The notes under the pieces are model-generated. The model had not been told where the DNA came from. It made no database searches and worked only from the letters and a program-made list of their open reading frames with translations. A stretch of DNA of 64,000 bases from Methanosarcinales archaeon Methan_01 (GTDB lineage Archaea > Halobacteriota > Methanosarcinia > Methanotrichales > Methanotrichaceae): the NCBI GenBank assembly GCA_001602645.1, contig LUYE01000017.1:32714-96713 (forward strand), given 5' to 3'. Position numbers and translations under genes: made by a program. Of this stretch, positions 52,547 through 60,843 are shown one piece after another; position 1 is the stretch's first letter, and the number at the start of each line of letters is the position of its first letter.

Positions 52547-54535
52547 ATGGCCGAGATTTCTGGGAAAAAAAGGCTGTGCTTATGGCTTTTGCCCCTGATC
52601 CTCGTAGCCCTGGCGCCGACCGCCTGCGGCGCGGCCGCCGAAGGAGCTGGAGGAAACGACGACAACGAAAGCTCCGCTGCGAAGGGCCCGGCAGAGGTGG
52701 TAGCAGCCGGGATCTGGATCGCGCCGGGAGGCGGTTGGGATAACGTCACCGGGGAGATGGAAGAGACCCTTCGCTCCCTCTCCGGCCCCTCCAGGGTCCT
52801 GAGGATCATGGTCCAGGAGGAGGAGGTGATCGAGCTCGGCTACATAGGGACCTCTGACGGGATCCTCGTCCTCTGGCCCGACGTCACCGAGACCCTCCAG
52901 ATGATCGCCCCCTTCGACTACCGGGAACGGCCCTGGTACCTGGAGGCGGCGAGGGAGGGAGAGACGGTCTGGACGAAGCCCTACCAGAGCCAGACGACCG
53001 GCAACATCTCCATCACCTGCGCGACCCCCATTCTGATCGAGGGGAACCTGAGCGGAGTGGTGGGGATGGACGTCTCCCTCGCAGAGATAGAGGTGGACCT
53101 CGCCAACATCTCCTCCGGCTACCCCTTCCTCCTCGACGGCCAGGGAGCGGTAGTTATGAAGTCGCCCCTTCCGGAGGGGTTCCTCTGGGATGAGATCCTG
53201 GCGCCGGGAAGCCTCCTCGACTCCAAAAACCTGGAGCTGGCGGAGCTGGCCGAGGAGATGGTCCGGGGAGAAGAGGGGATGGACTTGGTCCGTCTCGAGA
53301 AAGGGAGCACAAGGATCGTTTACTCTCCCCTGCCGTCCGTCGGCTGGAGCCTGGGGGTCGCCTCCGGAGACGGGGAGCTGACGGCCGCCAAGGCCGCCGC
53401 GTACGACCAGCTCTTCCACTGCATCTCGGGCCATACGGAGATCATGGCCCTGGAGACCGGCGAGGCGCTGAAAGGGAGGGGGTCGGTGACGGGGATCGCC
53501 CTTCCAGGGCTGGGGGACGGCGATGGCGACGGTGCAGGCCCCTCCTGGCCGATGGCTATCGCGGCGGCGGCTATCTTCGCCCTGATGGGGGGGCTAGTCG
53601 GATATTGGTCCGGCCGGAACGCCTTCGGCCCGATCTTCGAGGCGATCGCGAAGGGGCTTGAGGAGATCGGGAGGGGCGACCTAAACGCAAAGATCGAGGG
53701 GGACGGCCCGAGGGTGGTGAGGAGGCTGGGAGAGGCCTTCGATAAGATGGCCATCGACCTCAAAGATAGGATCTCCCTCTTCGAGGAGAGGTCCCTGGAG
53801 GCGGGAAGGTCTGAGAAGGCAGAAGAGGTGATGGAGGAGCTCCAGCGTTTCCTCCTCCCGGAGAGGGTCCCTCAGATCGAGGGGTTCCAGGTGGCGATCC
53901 TCGCCCTGGCCGAAGAGAGGGAATGCTGCCATTTCTACGACGCCTTCGAGATGGAGGGGGGAAAGGCGATGGTGGTTCTGGCCGAGGTCTCGGGGAAGGG
54001 GCTCTCCGCCGCCATGGTGGCTGCCGTCACCAGAAGCCACATAAGGGCGGCATCCCGCAAGCTAGGCGATCCTGCAAAGGCCCTCCGAGAGACGAACCAG
54101 AACCTCGTCGGGAACGTCCGGAACGGGATGGTAGTCTCCTGCTTCTGCGGGATGCTCGACCTCTCCAGCCATGCCATGAGCTACGCCAACGCAGGCCACA
54201 TCCCTCCCTTCATCGTCAGCTCCGACGGCTTCGTAGACACCCTCGTCGGCGGCGCCATAGCCATGGGCGCCCTCGACCACATCGATCTGGAGATGGAGGG
54301 GTGGATGATAGATCCGGGGGACGTCCTCGTCATCTACAACGACGGCCTCATCGAGGTGGAAAACGACGGAGGGGAGAGGTTCGGGACCGAGAGCCTGATA
54401 ACCCTGGTGAAGGATAACAGGGAGAGGTCGGCTCAGGATATAGTGAAGGAGCTGGAGAGGGCGATCAGGGACCATATGGGTGGCGATGGGGGGAGGCCCG
54501 ATGCCGCCGCCATGATAGTGAAGAGGGCCGGATAA
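52547..54535 (+). CDS. Cache-HAMP-PP2C (SpoIIE-type) sensor phosphatase
   Basis: 662-aa ORF. It has a signal/TM segment and an extracytoplasmic Cache-like domain (YRERPWYLEAAREGETVWTKPY...GVVGMDVSL). A second TM, a HAMP domain (IAKGLEEIGRGDLNAKIE...AFDKMAIDLKDR) and a C-terminal SpoIIE/PP2C domain (FYDAFE...LAEVSGKGLSAAM...NAGH...YNDGLIE) follow. Confidence 0.8.
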   Translation: MAEISGKKRLCLWLLPLILVALAPTACGAAAEGAGGNDDNESSAAKGPAEVVAAGIWIAPGGGWDNVTGEMEETLRSLSGPSRVLRIMVQEEEVIELGYIGTSDGILVLWPDVTETLQMIAPFDYRERPWYLEAAREGETVWTKPYQSQTTGNISITCATPILIEGNLSGVVGMDVSLAEIEVDLANISSGYPFLLDGQGAVVMKSPLPEGFLWDEILAPGSLLDSKNLELAELAEEMVRGEEGMDLVRLEKGSTRIVYSPLPSVGWSLGVASGDGELTAAKAAAYDQLFHCISGHTEIMALETGEALKGRGSVTGIALPGLGDGDGDGAGPSWPMAIAAAAIFALMGGLVGYWSGRNAFGPIFEAIAKGLEEIGRGDLNAKIEGDGPRVVRRLGEAFDKMAIDLKDRISLFEERSLEAGRSEKAEEVMEELQRFLLPERVPQIEGFQVAILALAEERECCHFYDAFEMEGGKAMVVLAEVSGKGLSAAMVAAVTRSHIRAASRKLGDPAKALRETNQNLVGNVRNGMVVSCFCGMLDLSSHAMSYANAGHIPPFIVSSDGFVDTLVGGAIAMGALDHIDLEMEGWMIDPGDVLVIYNDGLIEVENDGGERFGTESLITLVKDNRERSAQDIVKELERAIRDHMGGDGGRPDAAAMIVKRAG

Positions 54536-54733
54536 GGCCCGCCGAAGGCAGAAACCTCGCCGTCCGGCAAGAAAGCTCCGACGAAACCCAGGCGGGACTT
54601 CCGACCCTCGGCGGCCCGAGATATCCATAACCTCTGCCCCAGCTCCTGCAGATCACAAGCGGGGTCTAGGCCACCTCGAAGAATCGAGAGCCTTCGTCGG
54701 TTTTGAACTCCTGGTCAGTGGGAGACCGATAGG

Positions 54734-55828
54734 TCAGTGGCGGCGGACGGACCTGAGATCCTCCCCCGCCGCCTTTTCCACAAGACCGAAAAGATCCTCT
54801 ATCGCCAGCCCCTCCATCGAGATCCGATCTCCTCCACCGAAGATCTCCTCCCTCACCCGTCGGCCTATCACGTCGTCGGAGCCGGGTCGGACCTCGAGGA
54901 CGAAGCTTCCCGCCGGCACCGCCGTCCTGCGGCAGAGCCGATCGAGGTCGCCGTCGACGATCCCCACCAGGGGGGTTCCAAGCCGGGCGAGGATCTCCCC
55001 AGCGATGGCGGTGGTGTCGTCGCCGACGGTCACCGCCACCTCCGCCCCTCGGGCCATCTCGAAGGTCCCCTCCGCGGCGTGATCGATGAGGACGGCCCCC
55101 CTGCCGGATCCCGAGGCCGGCCTCGCGGCGGCCTCCGTCCTCCTCACCTCCCCAGTCCTGAGGATGGCGGCCCCCAGGTCGACCCGAGGGAGCTTCTCCA
55201 GGCCGTGGTTCTTAACCAGGGCGCCGCAGACCTCTCCGATCTTGCCGTCGGTCGCCGATATCGTCACCGTCTCCACTTCTGCCCTACCGATGACGATCCC
55301 GTTGACAGAGACGTTCTCGCCCGGTACGGCGCCGAAGATCGTCCTCCTGACGGTCCCCCCCGAGGACTCCGTCCTCATCGGAAATCTCAAAGGCGTCACC
55401 AGCTCCAGCCCCAGGGCGCCGGCGATCCTCTCGGCGATCCCCCCCGCCCCGCCCGCCAGGATCGAGGCGAAGGGCCCGCTGTACTCGGCGAGGAGGAGGG
55501 GCTTCTTGGGCTCTGCCCTCTCGGCCACCATCGCCCCGAAGGCGTGGCCCGTATCCCCAGTCTTGGCAGAGTTCAGGACGACGACGACGTCGACGGAGGG
55601 CATAAGCCGCCGGACCGACTGGCTTGGGGCCTCCCGCCTCGATATATCGATCCGATCCTCCAGGGCGGCGTCGATGACCGCGACCCGCCCCATCGTCCCG
55701 CCGAGGACGGCGGTGACCGAACCGATCTTCTCGAGCCGGTCCAAAGCCTCCTCGGCGCGGCCGGAGTCGACGACCTCGGGGCCGTGGACGACTACCCCGA
55801 TCTCATCCGCCGCTCTCGACGCTCTCAT
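54734..55828 (-). CDS. Conserved-looking hypothetical protein (Gly-rich, apparently two domains)
   Basis: 364-aa ORF with protein-like composition (GVVVHGPEVVDSGRAEEALDRLEKIGSVTAVLGGTMG...; C-terminal VTVGDDTTAIAGEILARLGTPLVGIVDGDLD). It is the last gene of a four-gene minus-strand cluster. I cannot name the family. Confidence 0.6.
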   Translation of the reverse strand: MRASRAADEIGVVVHGPEVVDSGRAEEALDRLEKIGSVTAVLGGTMGRVAVIDAALEDRIDISRREAPSQSVRRLMPSVDVVVVLNSAKTGDTGHAFGAMVAERAEPKKPLLLAEYSGPFASILAGGAGGIAERIAGALGLELVTPLRFPMRTESSGGTVRRTIFGAVPGENVSVNGIVIGRAEVETVTISATDGKIGEVCGALVKNHGLEKLPRVDLGAAILRTGEVRRTEAAARPASGSGRGAVLIDHAAEGTFEMARGAEVAVTVGDDTTAIAGEILARLGTPLVGIVDGDLDRLCRRTAVPAGSFVLEVRPGSDDVIGRRVREEIFGGGDRISMEGLAIEDLFGLVEKAAGEDLRSVRRH

Positions 55829-56033
55829 CCTCCATCTTCACCGACCTCATCCTCTCCTCTTCAGCCCTCATCCTCTCCTCCATCTCCTCCATCGTCCGGC
55901 CGCCGATCCCCCTCCTCTCGGGCATCTTATCGATCGGCTGCAATGTGCTCAAGTGGTAGTAGAGCCCCGTCGAATCGAGGAGGGCCCACCTTTCGCCGTC
56001 GTCTTCGGTCTTGAGGACCTTGACGACCCCCAC
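55803..56033 (-). CDS. Small protein with an SH3-like beta core and a Met/Glu/Arg-rich tail; the true start is uncertain
   Basis: The track ORF starts at a GTG. The same frame stays open to 56096 and encodes ...SEEISEGSIVRYSGTGTVGVVKVLKTEDDGERWALLDSTGLYYHLSTLQPIDK. This looks like one folded unit, but there is no ATG/GTG/TTG upstream of the GTG. Confidence 0.45.
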   Translation of the reverse strand: MGVVKVLKTEDDGERWALLDSTGLYYHLSTLQPIDKMPERRGIGGRTMEEMEERMRAEEERMRSVKMEDESVESGG

Positions 56034-56101
56034 AGTACCGGTCCCGGAGTATCTGACGATGCTCCCCTCACTGATCTCCTCTGACGTGATACCACATCAC
56101 C

Positions 56102-56557
56102 TCACAACAGCTTCTCCTTCACCACATGGCCCGCGAAGTTCTTAACCTCTGCCCCTCCGGGGACCGAGAGGACCTCGACCCCGTGGAGCTCGCCGGTCCC
56201 GCAGAGGACGTCCTGCTCGGGGTGGGTCCCGGCCTGGATGTCGCACCTTATCCTCGTCCTCTCCCCCACCGAGACTACGGTCTTCAGCCTCGGGGAGGCG
56301 GGATGGCCCTTGGGGAGGACGATCAGAGGGGAGTTCATCTCCCGGATCAGAAAGAGGGTGCACCAGAGCCCCTTCATCGCCAGGTCTCCTACCTCGGAGG
56401 TCGAGGCGACGATGAGGTCGTCATCCTCGGTGAAGATCACGATCTCGTCTGCATCGGAATCGATATAAAAAAAGTGGCCGAGGGTCCTGGCGATGGCCAG
56501 GGTCCCGGTCCGCCCGCAGAGGTAGGCGATCTCGTCGTCTTCCAGGGGGATCTTCAT
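56102..56557 (-). CDS. Hypothetical protein
   Basis: 151-aa ORF (MKIPLEDDEIAYLCGRTGTLAIARTLGHFFYIDSDADEIVIFTEDDD...) with good coding-like composition. It starts 4 nt downstream of the Zn-ribbon ORF stop. No family recognised. Confidence 0.6.
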   Translation of the reverse strand: MKIPLEDDEIAYLCGRTGTLAIARTLGHFFYIDSDADEIVIFTEDDDLIVASTSEVGDLAMKGLWCTLFLIREMNSPLIVLPKGHPASPRLKTVVSVGERTRIRCDIQAGTHPEQDVLCGTGELHGVEVLSVPGGAEVKNFAGHVVKEKLL

Positions 56558-56561
56558 TCGA

Positions 56562-56717
56562 TCACTCAGCAGGCTTCACGTTCCTCGACTGGCACGAGGG
56601 GCATCGGACCCTCCTGCCCATGCCCTTGAACTTGTTTCCGCAGTCCTGGCATACGTAGCCCTTCGACGCTATCGACTCGACGTCGCCTATCTCTGGTCCG
56701 CCTCCAACGGTACACAT
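56562..56717 (-). CDS. Zinc-ribbon protein (51 aa)
   Basis: ORF 56562-56756. The internal ATG at 56717 lies 6 nt after GGAGGTGA. It has a CxxC-x13-CxxC motif (CQDCGNKFKGMGRRVRCPSC). Confidence 0.55.
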   Translation of the reverse strand: MCTVGGGPEIGDVESIASKGYVCQDCGNKFKGMGRRVRCPSCQSRNVKPAE

Positions 56718-56970
56718 GGGGCTTTCACCTCCGTAGGTTCTATTTCCAGCGTCCATTATTTAAATGAGGTGGATGCGCCGTCCAAATTCATCACCCTGTC
56801 CTCCTAGGGTGCGACGATCCGGGTCTTTCATAGCGAGGATCGGGAGATAAGGGCCGTCGGGACGGCTCGGCGTCGCTTGGAGGGGTCCGACCTTTGGGGC
56901 TTCGTCTCCGCCATCTTCATAAATATTCTGATCGCAATCTTGAGGGATCATCTTCGGCTGGGGGATAGGC

Positions 56971-58317
56971 ATGAACCTGGATAGAGCACGGATTTTGAAG
57001 GATGGTGGGGACGGGAGGGGCCCAGTCGTATACTGGATGAGCAGAGACCAGAGGGTCGAGGATAACTGGGCTCTAGCCTCCGCCTCGGAGCTGGCATTGG
57101 AGAGGAGGGCGCCTCTCGCCGTCGTCTTCGCCCTGGAGGAGGAGTTCCTGGGAGCCACCATCAGGCAGTACGGTTTTATGCTCCGGGGGCTCGAGATGGT
57201 GGAGTCGGCCCTAGCCAGGAAGGGCATCCCCTTCGTCCTCCTCCGGGGCGATCCCGGGGACGCGATCTCAAGGTTCGCAGAGGAGGAGGGGGTCGGGACC
57301 GTAGTCACCGACTTCTCCCCCCTGGCGACCAAGCGATCCTGGACTGAGGAGGCGACGAAGAGGCTCGACTGCGCCATCTACGAGGTGGACGCCCACAACA
57401 TGGTCCCCTGCTGGGCGGCGTCTCCAAAACAGGAGTACGCTGCCAGGACCTTCAGGCCGAAGGTCTGGAGGATCCTTTCGACCTTCTGCGAGGAGGTACC
57501 GGCCCTCCGGGCTCATCCCCACCCCTGGGACCTGGAGGGCGGCCCAGACTGGGAGCGGCTCAGGAGAGAAATCTCCGTCGACCGGTCGATCCCGGAGGTC
57601 GGATGGATCGAGCCGGGGGAGGGGGCGGCCCGGAGGGCCCTCGAGACCTTTCTGAGGAAGGGGCTCTCGGCATACCAAAGGGATCGGAACGACCCATCCC
57701 TCCAGGGGCAGTCGAACCTCTCCCCCTACCTCCACTTCGGCCAGATATCGGCATCGAGGGTCGCCCTGGAGGTGACCCGATCCGGGGCCGACGGGGCCTC
57801 CAAGGCCGCCTTTATGGAGGAGCTGGTGGTGAGGAGGGAGCTCTCGGATAACTTCTGCTTCTACAACCGTCGATACGACTCCTTCGAGGGCTTCCCCGCC
57901 TGGTCGAGAGGGACCCTGAACGACCATCGAGACGACCCCCGGGAGCACCTCTACGACCTCCCAGAGCTGGAGGGGGCGAAGACCCACGACCGCCTCTGGA
58001 ACGCCGCCCAGAGGGAGATGGTCTGCAGGGGGAAGATGCACGGCTACATGAGGATGTACTGGGCGAAGAAGATCCTAGAGTGGACCGAGTCCCCGGAGGA
58101 GGCGATGAGGATCGCCATCCATCTCAACGACCGCTACGAGCTGGACGGGAGAGATCCAAACGGCTACGTCGGGGTGGCCTGGTCGATCGGGGGGGTCCAC
58201 GACCGGGCCTGGGGAGAGAGGGAGGTCTTCGGGAAGGTGAGGTACATGAGCCTCCGAGGGGCGATGTCGAAGTTCGACGTCGGGTCTTACGTCGAATGGG
58301 CGGGGTCCCTGGAATGA
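56971..58317 (+). CDS. phr: Class II CPD deoxyribodipyrimidine photolyase
   Basis: 448-aa ORF. VVYWMSRDQRVEDNWAL, FMLRGL, SPYLHFGQIS, and the C-terminal MHGYMRMYWAKKILEW and GVAWSIGGVHDRAW are class II photolyase signatures. Confidence 0.9.
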   Translation: MNLDRARILKDGGDGRGPVVYWMSRDQRVEDNWALASASELALERRAPLAVVFALEEEFLGATIRQYGFMLRGLEMVESALARKGIPFVLLRGDPGDAISRFAEEEGVGTVVTDFSPLATKRSWTEEATKRLDCAIYEVDAHNMVPCWAASPKQEYAARTFRPKVWRILSTFCEEVPALRAHPHPWDLEGGPDWERLRREISVDRSIPEVGWIEPGEGAARRALETFLRKGLSAYQRDRNDPSLQGQSNLSPYLHFGQISASRVALEVTRSGADGASKAAFMEELVVRRELSDNFCFYNRRYDSFEGFPAWSRGTLNDHRDDPREHLYDLPELEGAKTHDRLWNAAQREMVCRGKMHGYMRMYWAKKILEWTESPEEAMRIAIHLNDRYELDGRDPNGYVGVAWSIGGVHDRAWGEREVFGKVRYMSLRGAMSKFDVGSYVEWAGSLE

Positions 58318-58346
58318 AAAGAGGAGGGGCGACGGAGCAGGGGCCT

Positions 58347-59519
58347 TCAGCAGGGCAGAAGGATGACCTCCCTCGTCCTCCCCACCAACTCCCCCTCGGA
58401 GTTTATCCCCGCCGCCGATACGACGTTCTTCAGGGGGCCAGGGAGGTCCGCCTCCCGGACCGTCCGGTTCGTCGTCAGGTTGAGCCCCTCCCCGGGCATG
58501 AGGGTGAGGTTGACGGCGATGGGGCTGGAGCTGATCGAGTCGGTCAGGTTGATATCGAAGATCGGAAGGTCCCCGGAGTTCTCGACGGCGTATACGTAGG
58601 TGACGATCTCGCCGGGACGGACGCAGGCCTCGCAGGCCTTCACCGTCAGGTTCAGACCCCGGGCCGGGATCAGGTTCACGGTGGCGGTGGCGGTGGCCTC
58701 GGCGACGTTGCCCTGGAAGTCGACGGCGGTCACCACGACCGAGTCCCTCTGGGGGCCGGGGAGGGCCTCCTCGCCGAGGGGGAAGCTCGAGGACCCCGAG
58801 GCGACCTCCCCGGGGCTCAGCTCCGTCCTGCTGAGGAGGACGGGTCCGAACCTCGAATCGACGAGGTCGAGCCCCCGGACCGGGACGGTCCCGGTGTTGG
58901 CGACGGCGTAGTTTCTGGTCACCAGGGCCCCCGCCTCGGCGAAGCACTCCTGGGGTAGGATGGTGACGGCGAGGGCGGGCCTCCGGTCGGCGAGGCTCCC
59001 GAACTGGATCATATTATTGATCTCGAAGGTTCCGGTGTACCTCTGATGGGAGCTGATATCCCGGACGAAGGCCTGGTGGCTGTTGGAGCTGGTGACGTAG
59101 GTCCCGTTGAAGGCCAGCTTCGTATCGGTGGCCACGACTGAAGAGCCCATCCGGGTCATCTCCTCCCTCTCCATCTCCGTGGCGCTGAAGGCCTCCTGGA
59201 AGGTGGTCTTCGTTCCGCGGAAGGGAGAGCCGGTCTCGGTCCGCTTCACCCCCACCAGGGGGACGTCCCCGGAGTAGGAGAGGCTCAAGCCCCCGGAGAA
59301 GATGCCCTTTTCGAGATTTTTCGACCCCTTCGCGATATGCCCCATCTGGAGGCTTCCGTCTCCCGCCATGGTGCTGTAGTACTCGTAATCGTCGATCCGA
59401 TTGACGACCGATCTGCTGATGTCGACCTCTCCCGTCCCGCTCACCCAACCACCGGCGATGCCGGAGGCGACGATGAAGCTCACTCCCAACAATAAGAAGA
59501 TTAGACCCCATCCCTTCAT
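58347..59519 (-). CDS. Secreted protein with DUF11/CARDB-like repeat domains
   Basis: 390-aa ORF with an N-terminal signal/anchor MKGWGLIFLLLGVSFIVASG. It has two Ig-like repeats of the type VTRNYAVANTGTVPVRGLDLVDS and VTYVYAVENSGDLPIFDINLTDS. Confidence 0.65.
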   Translation of the reverse strand: MKGWGLIFLLLGVSFIVASGIAGGWVSGTGEVDISRSVVNRIDDYEYYSTMAGDGSLQMGHIAKGSKNLEKGIFSGGLSLSYSGDVPLVGVKRTETGSPFRGTKTTFQEAFSATEMEREEMTRMGSSVVATDTKLAFNGTYVTSSNSHQAFVRDISSHQRYTGTFEINNMIQFGSLADRRPALAVTILPQECFAEAGALVTRNYAVANTGTVPVRGLDLVDSRFGPVLLSRTELSPGEVASGSSSFPLGEEALPGPQRDSVVVTAVDFQGNVAEATATATVNLIPARGLNLTVKACEACVRPGEIVTYVYAVENSGDLPIFDINLTDSISSSPIAVNLTLMPGEGLNLTTNRTVREADLPGPLKNVVSAAGINSEGELVGRTREVILLPC

Positions 59520-59728
59520 GCTCTATCTTTCGTCTCCGATCCCTTAAGATGATGACGGTGAGGAGAGATTGGGAGGCCCAGGATCGGCGCCCCGAAGGGA
59601 AAGAAGATGACGAAGAGAAAGCAGAAGTGGAAAGAGTTAAGGGATGATGCTGGGAGATCTGCGGGACGGTTGAAGTCGCTGGCGGAGGAGACGTCAGTGG
59701 TGTAGACGTCAGTGGTGTAGATCCCCAT
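59516..59728 (-). CDS. Possible small membrane protein, coupled (ATGA overlap) to the DUF11-repeat gene
   Basis: 70-aa ORF with C-ending codon bias and one hydrophobic stretch (FHFCFLFVIFFPFGAPILGL). It contains a 15-bp direct duplication encoding YTTDVYTTDV. No homology recognised. Confidence 0.3.
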   Translation of the reverse strand: MGIYTTDVYTTDVSSASDFNRPADLPASSLNSFHFCFLFVIFFPFGAPILGLPISPHRHHLKGSETKDRA

Positions 59729-59780
59729 GGTGAGGTATGGAAGGGATGAACGCCGACGGATAAAATAGAAATAATTAATT

Positions 59781-59804
59781 GCCGGATCTCGGATCCGATC
59801 CGGC
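59781..59804 (-). terminator. Hairpin at the stop codon of 59804-60808, followed on the minus strand by a T-rich tract
   Basis: GCCGGATC-TCGGATCC-GATCCGGC forms an 8-bp stem. The minus-strand downstream sequence is AATTAATTATTTCTATTTTA. Confidence 0.4.
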
Positions 59805-60808
59805 TACCACATGCCGCCGTAGACGTAGACGGTGGTGGCGGGCTCAAACTTCAGGACGACGGGCGTATTCCGCTGGTAGAACCTAGGCTTTCCGTAGAAC
59901 CACTCCCCGTCCCAGACCTTGATGGTGTGCCACATCCCTCCGACGACGTTCACCTTGTAGATCCCGTCGAGGGCGTCGCCCCCCTTCCCGTCGGTCCCGA
60001 CGTACTGCTCGTCGACGTAGACGTCGTAGCCCCTCATCCTCTGGGATTCGAGGGTGACCCTGACGTCCCCAGAGGTGGTGACGGGAGCGGGGCCTGGGGC
60101 TGGCGCCGGGGCGGAGGGGAAGGCCGCCGGCGTGGGGGCGGAGGTGGTGGCGGAGGAGCCGCCGATCATGTCCGGGGTCAATTCCGCGCCGACGTCGACG
60201 ATGACGACGTTGCTCGCAAGGCCGTTGGAGACGAAGAAGAGGGCGTACCTACCCTGCTCACCGGCATAGAAGCTCATCCTGTCGTAGGTGCCGAGGGTGT
60301 ACGGGACGATACCGACGTTCCCGGAGGGGGATACCTCGTAGAACTCGGCCGACCCCCCCGAGGGGGTGGTGGTGATCAGCTGGAGCCAGGTTCCCACGGG
60401 ACAGGCGGCGTATCTGGTCCAGGCCTCCGACCCCTCGATCCAGAGCTCGTTGGACCCGCCGTACATCTCCGAGGACGCGTACGTGGAATATGGAACCGTC
60501 TGCCATCCGAAGTAGAGGAAGGAGGGCTCATTTCCCGTTATCGTGAAGCCGACAGGACGATGATCGGTGGAGAATACCTCATCCTCCGAGAAGAAGTACT
60601 GGAAGTACTGGGAGTAGCTGAAGCTAGAGCTGTAGCCCTCGGAGGAGCCCGAAGCTCCGTGGAGCTGCCCGGCGTAGTTGAGATAGTCCTCGCCGAGGTT
60701 CCCGAAAAAATCGTCGTCGTTTTCGCCGTAGGCCTGGGCCAAGCCCAGGCATAATAGCATTATGGCAATTGACAAGATTGCCCCACTCCATAGTTTCATC
60801 AATAACAC
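59804..60808 (-). CDS. Secreted modular protein, paralogue of 437-1267
   Basis: 334-aa ORF with a signal peptide MLLMKLWSGAILSIAIMLLCLGLAQA. It has the same beta-domain, Pro-rich linker (APAPAPGPAP) and PEGA-like C-terminal module as 437-1267. Confidence 0.65.
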   Translation of the reverse strand: MLLMKLWSGAILSIAIMLLCLGLAQAYGENDDDFFGNLGEDYLNYAGQLHGASGSSEGYSSSFSYSQYFQYFFSEDEVFSTDHRPVGFTITGNEPSFLYFGWQTVPYSTYASSEMYGGSNELWIEGSEAWTRYAACPVGTWLQLITTTPSGGSAEFYEVSPSGNVGIVPYTLGTYDRMSFYAGEQGRYALFFVSNGLASNVVIVDVGAELTPDMIGGSSATTSAPTPAAFPSAPAPAPGPAPVTTSGDVRVTLESQRMRGYDVYVDEQYVGTDGKGGDALDGIYKVNVVGGMWHTIKVWDGEWFYGKPRFYQRNTPVVLKFEPATTVYVYGGMW

Positions 60809-60843
60809 CTGGGGACGGGAAGACCTGAAGGATAGTAAAGATT

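Noticed and set aside
54737-56084. 425-aa and 332-aa plus-strand ORFs (54737-56014 and 55086-56084) opposite the four-gene minus-strand operon
   Set aside because: They are Pro/Arg/Gly-rich with no motifs. The minus-strand products have far more protein-like composition, plus RBS and start coupling.
58075-58958. 290-aa ORFs on both strands overlapping the photolyase 3' end and the DUF11-repeat gene
   Set aside because: They are Arg/Gly/Pro-rich and cross the convergent gene boundary. Both overlapped genes have clear family signatures.
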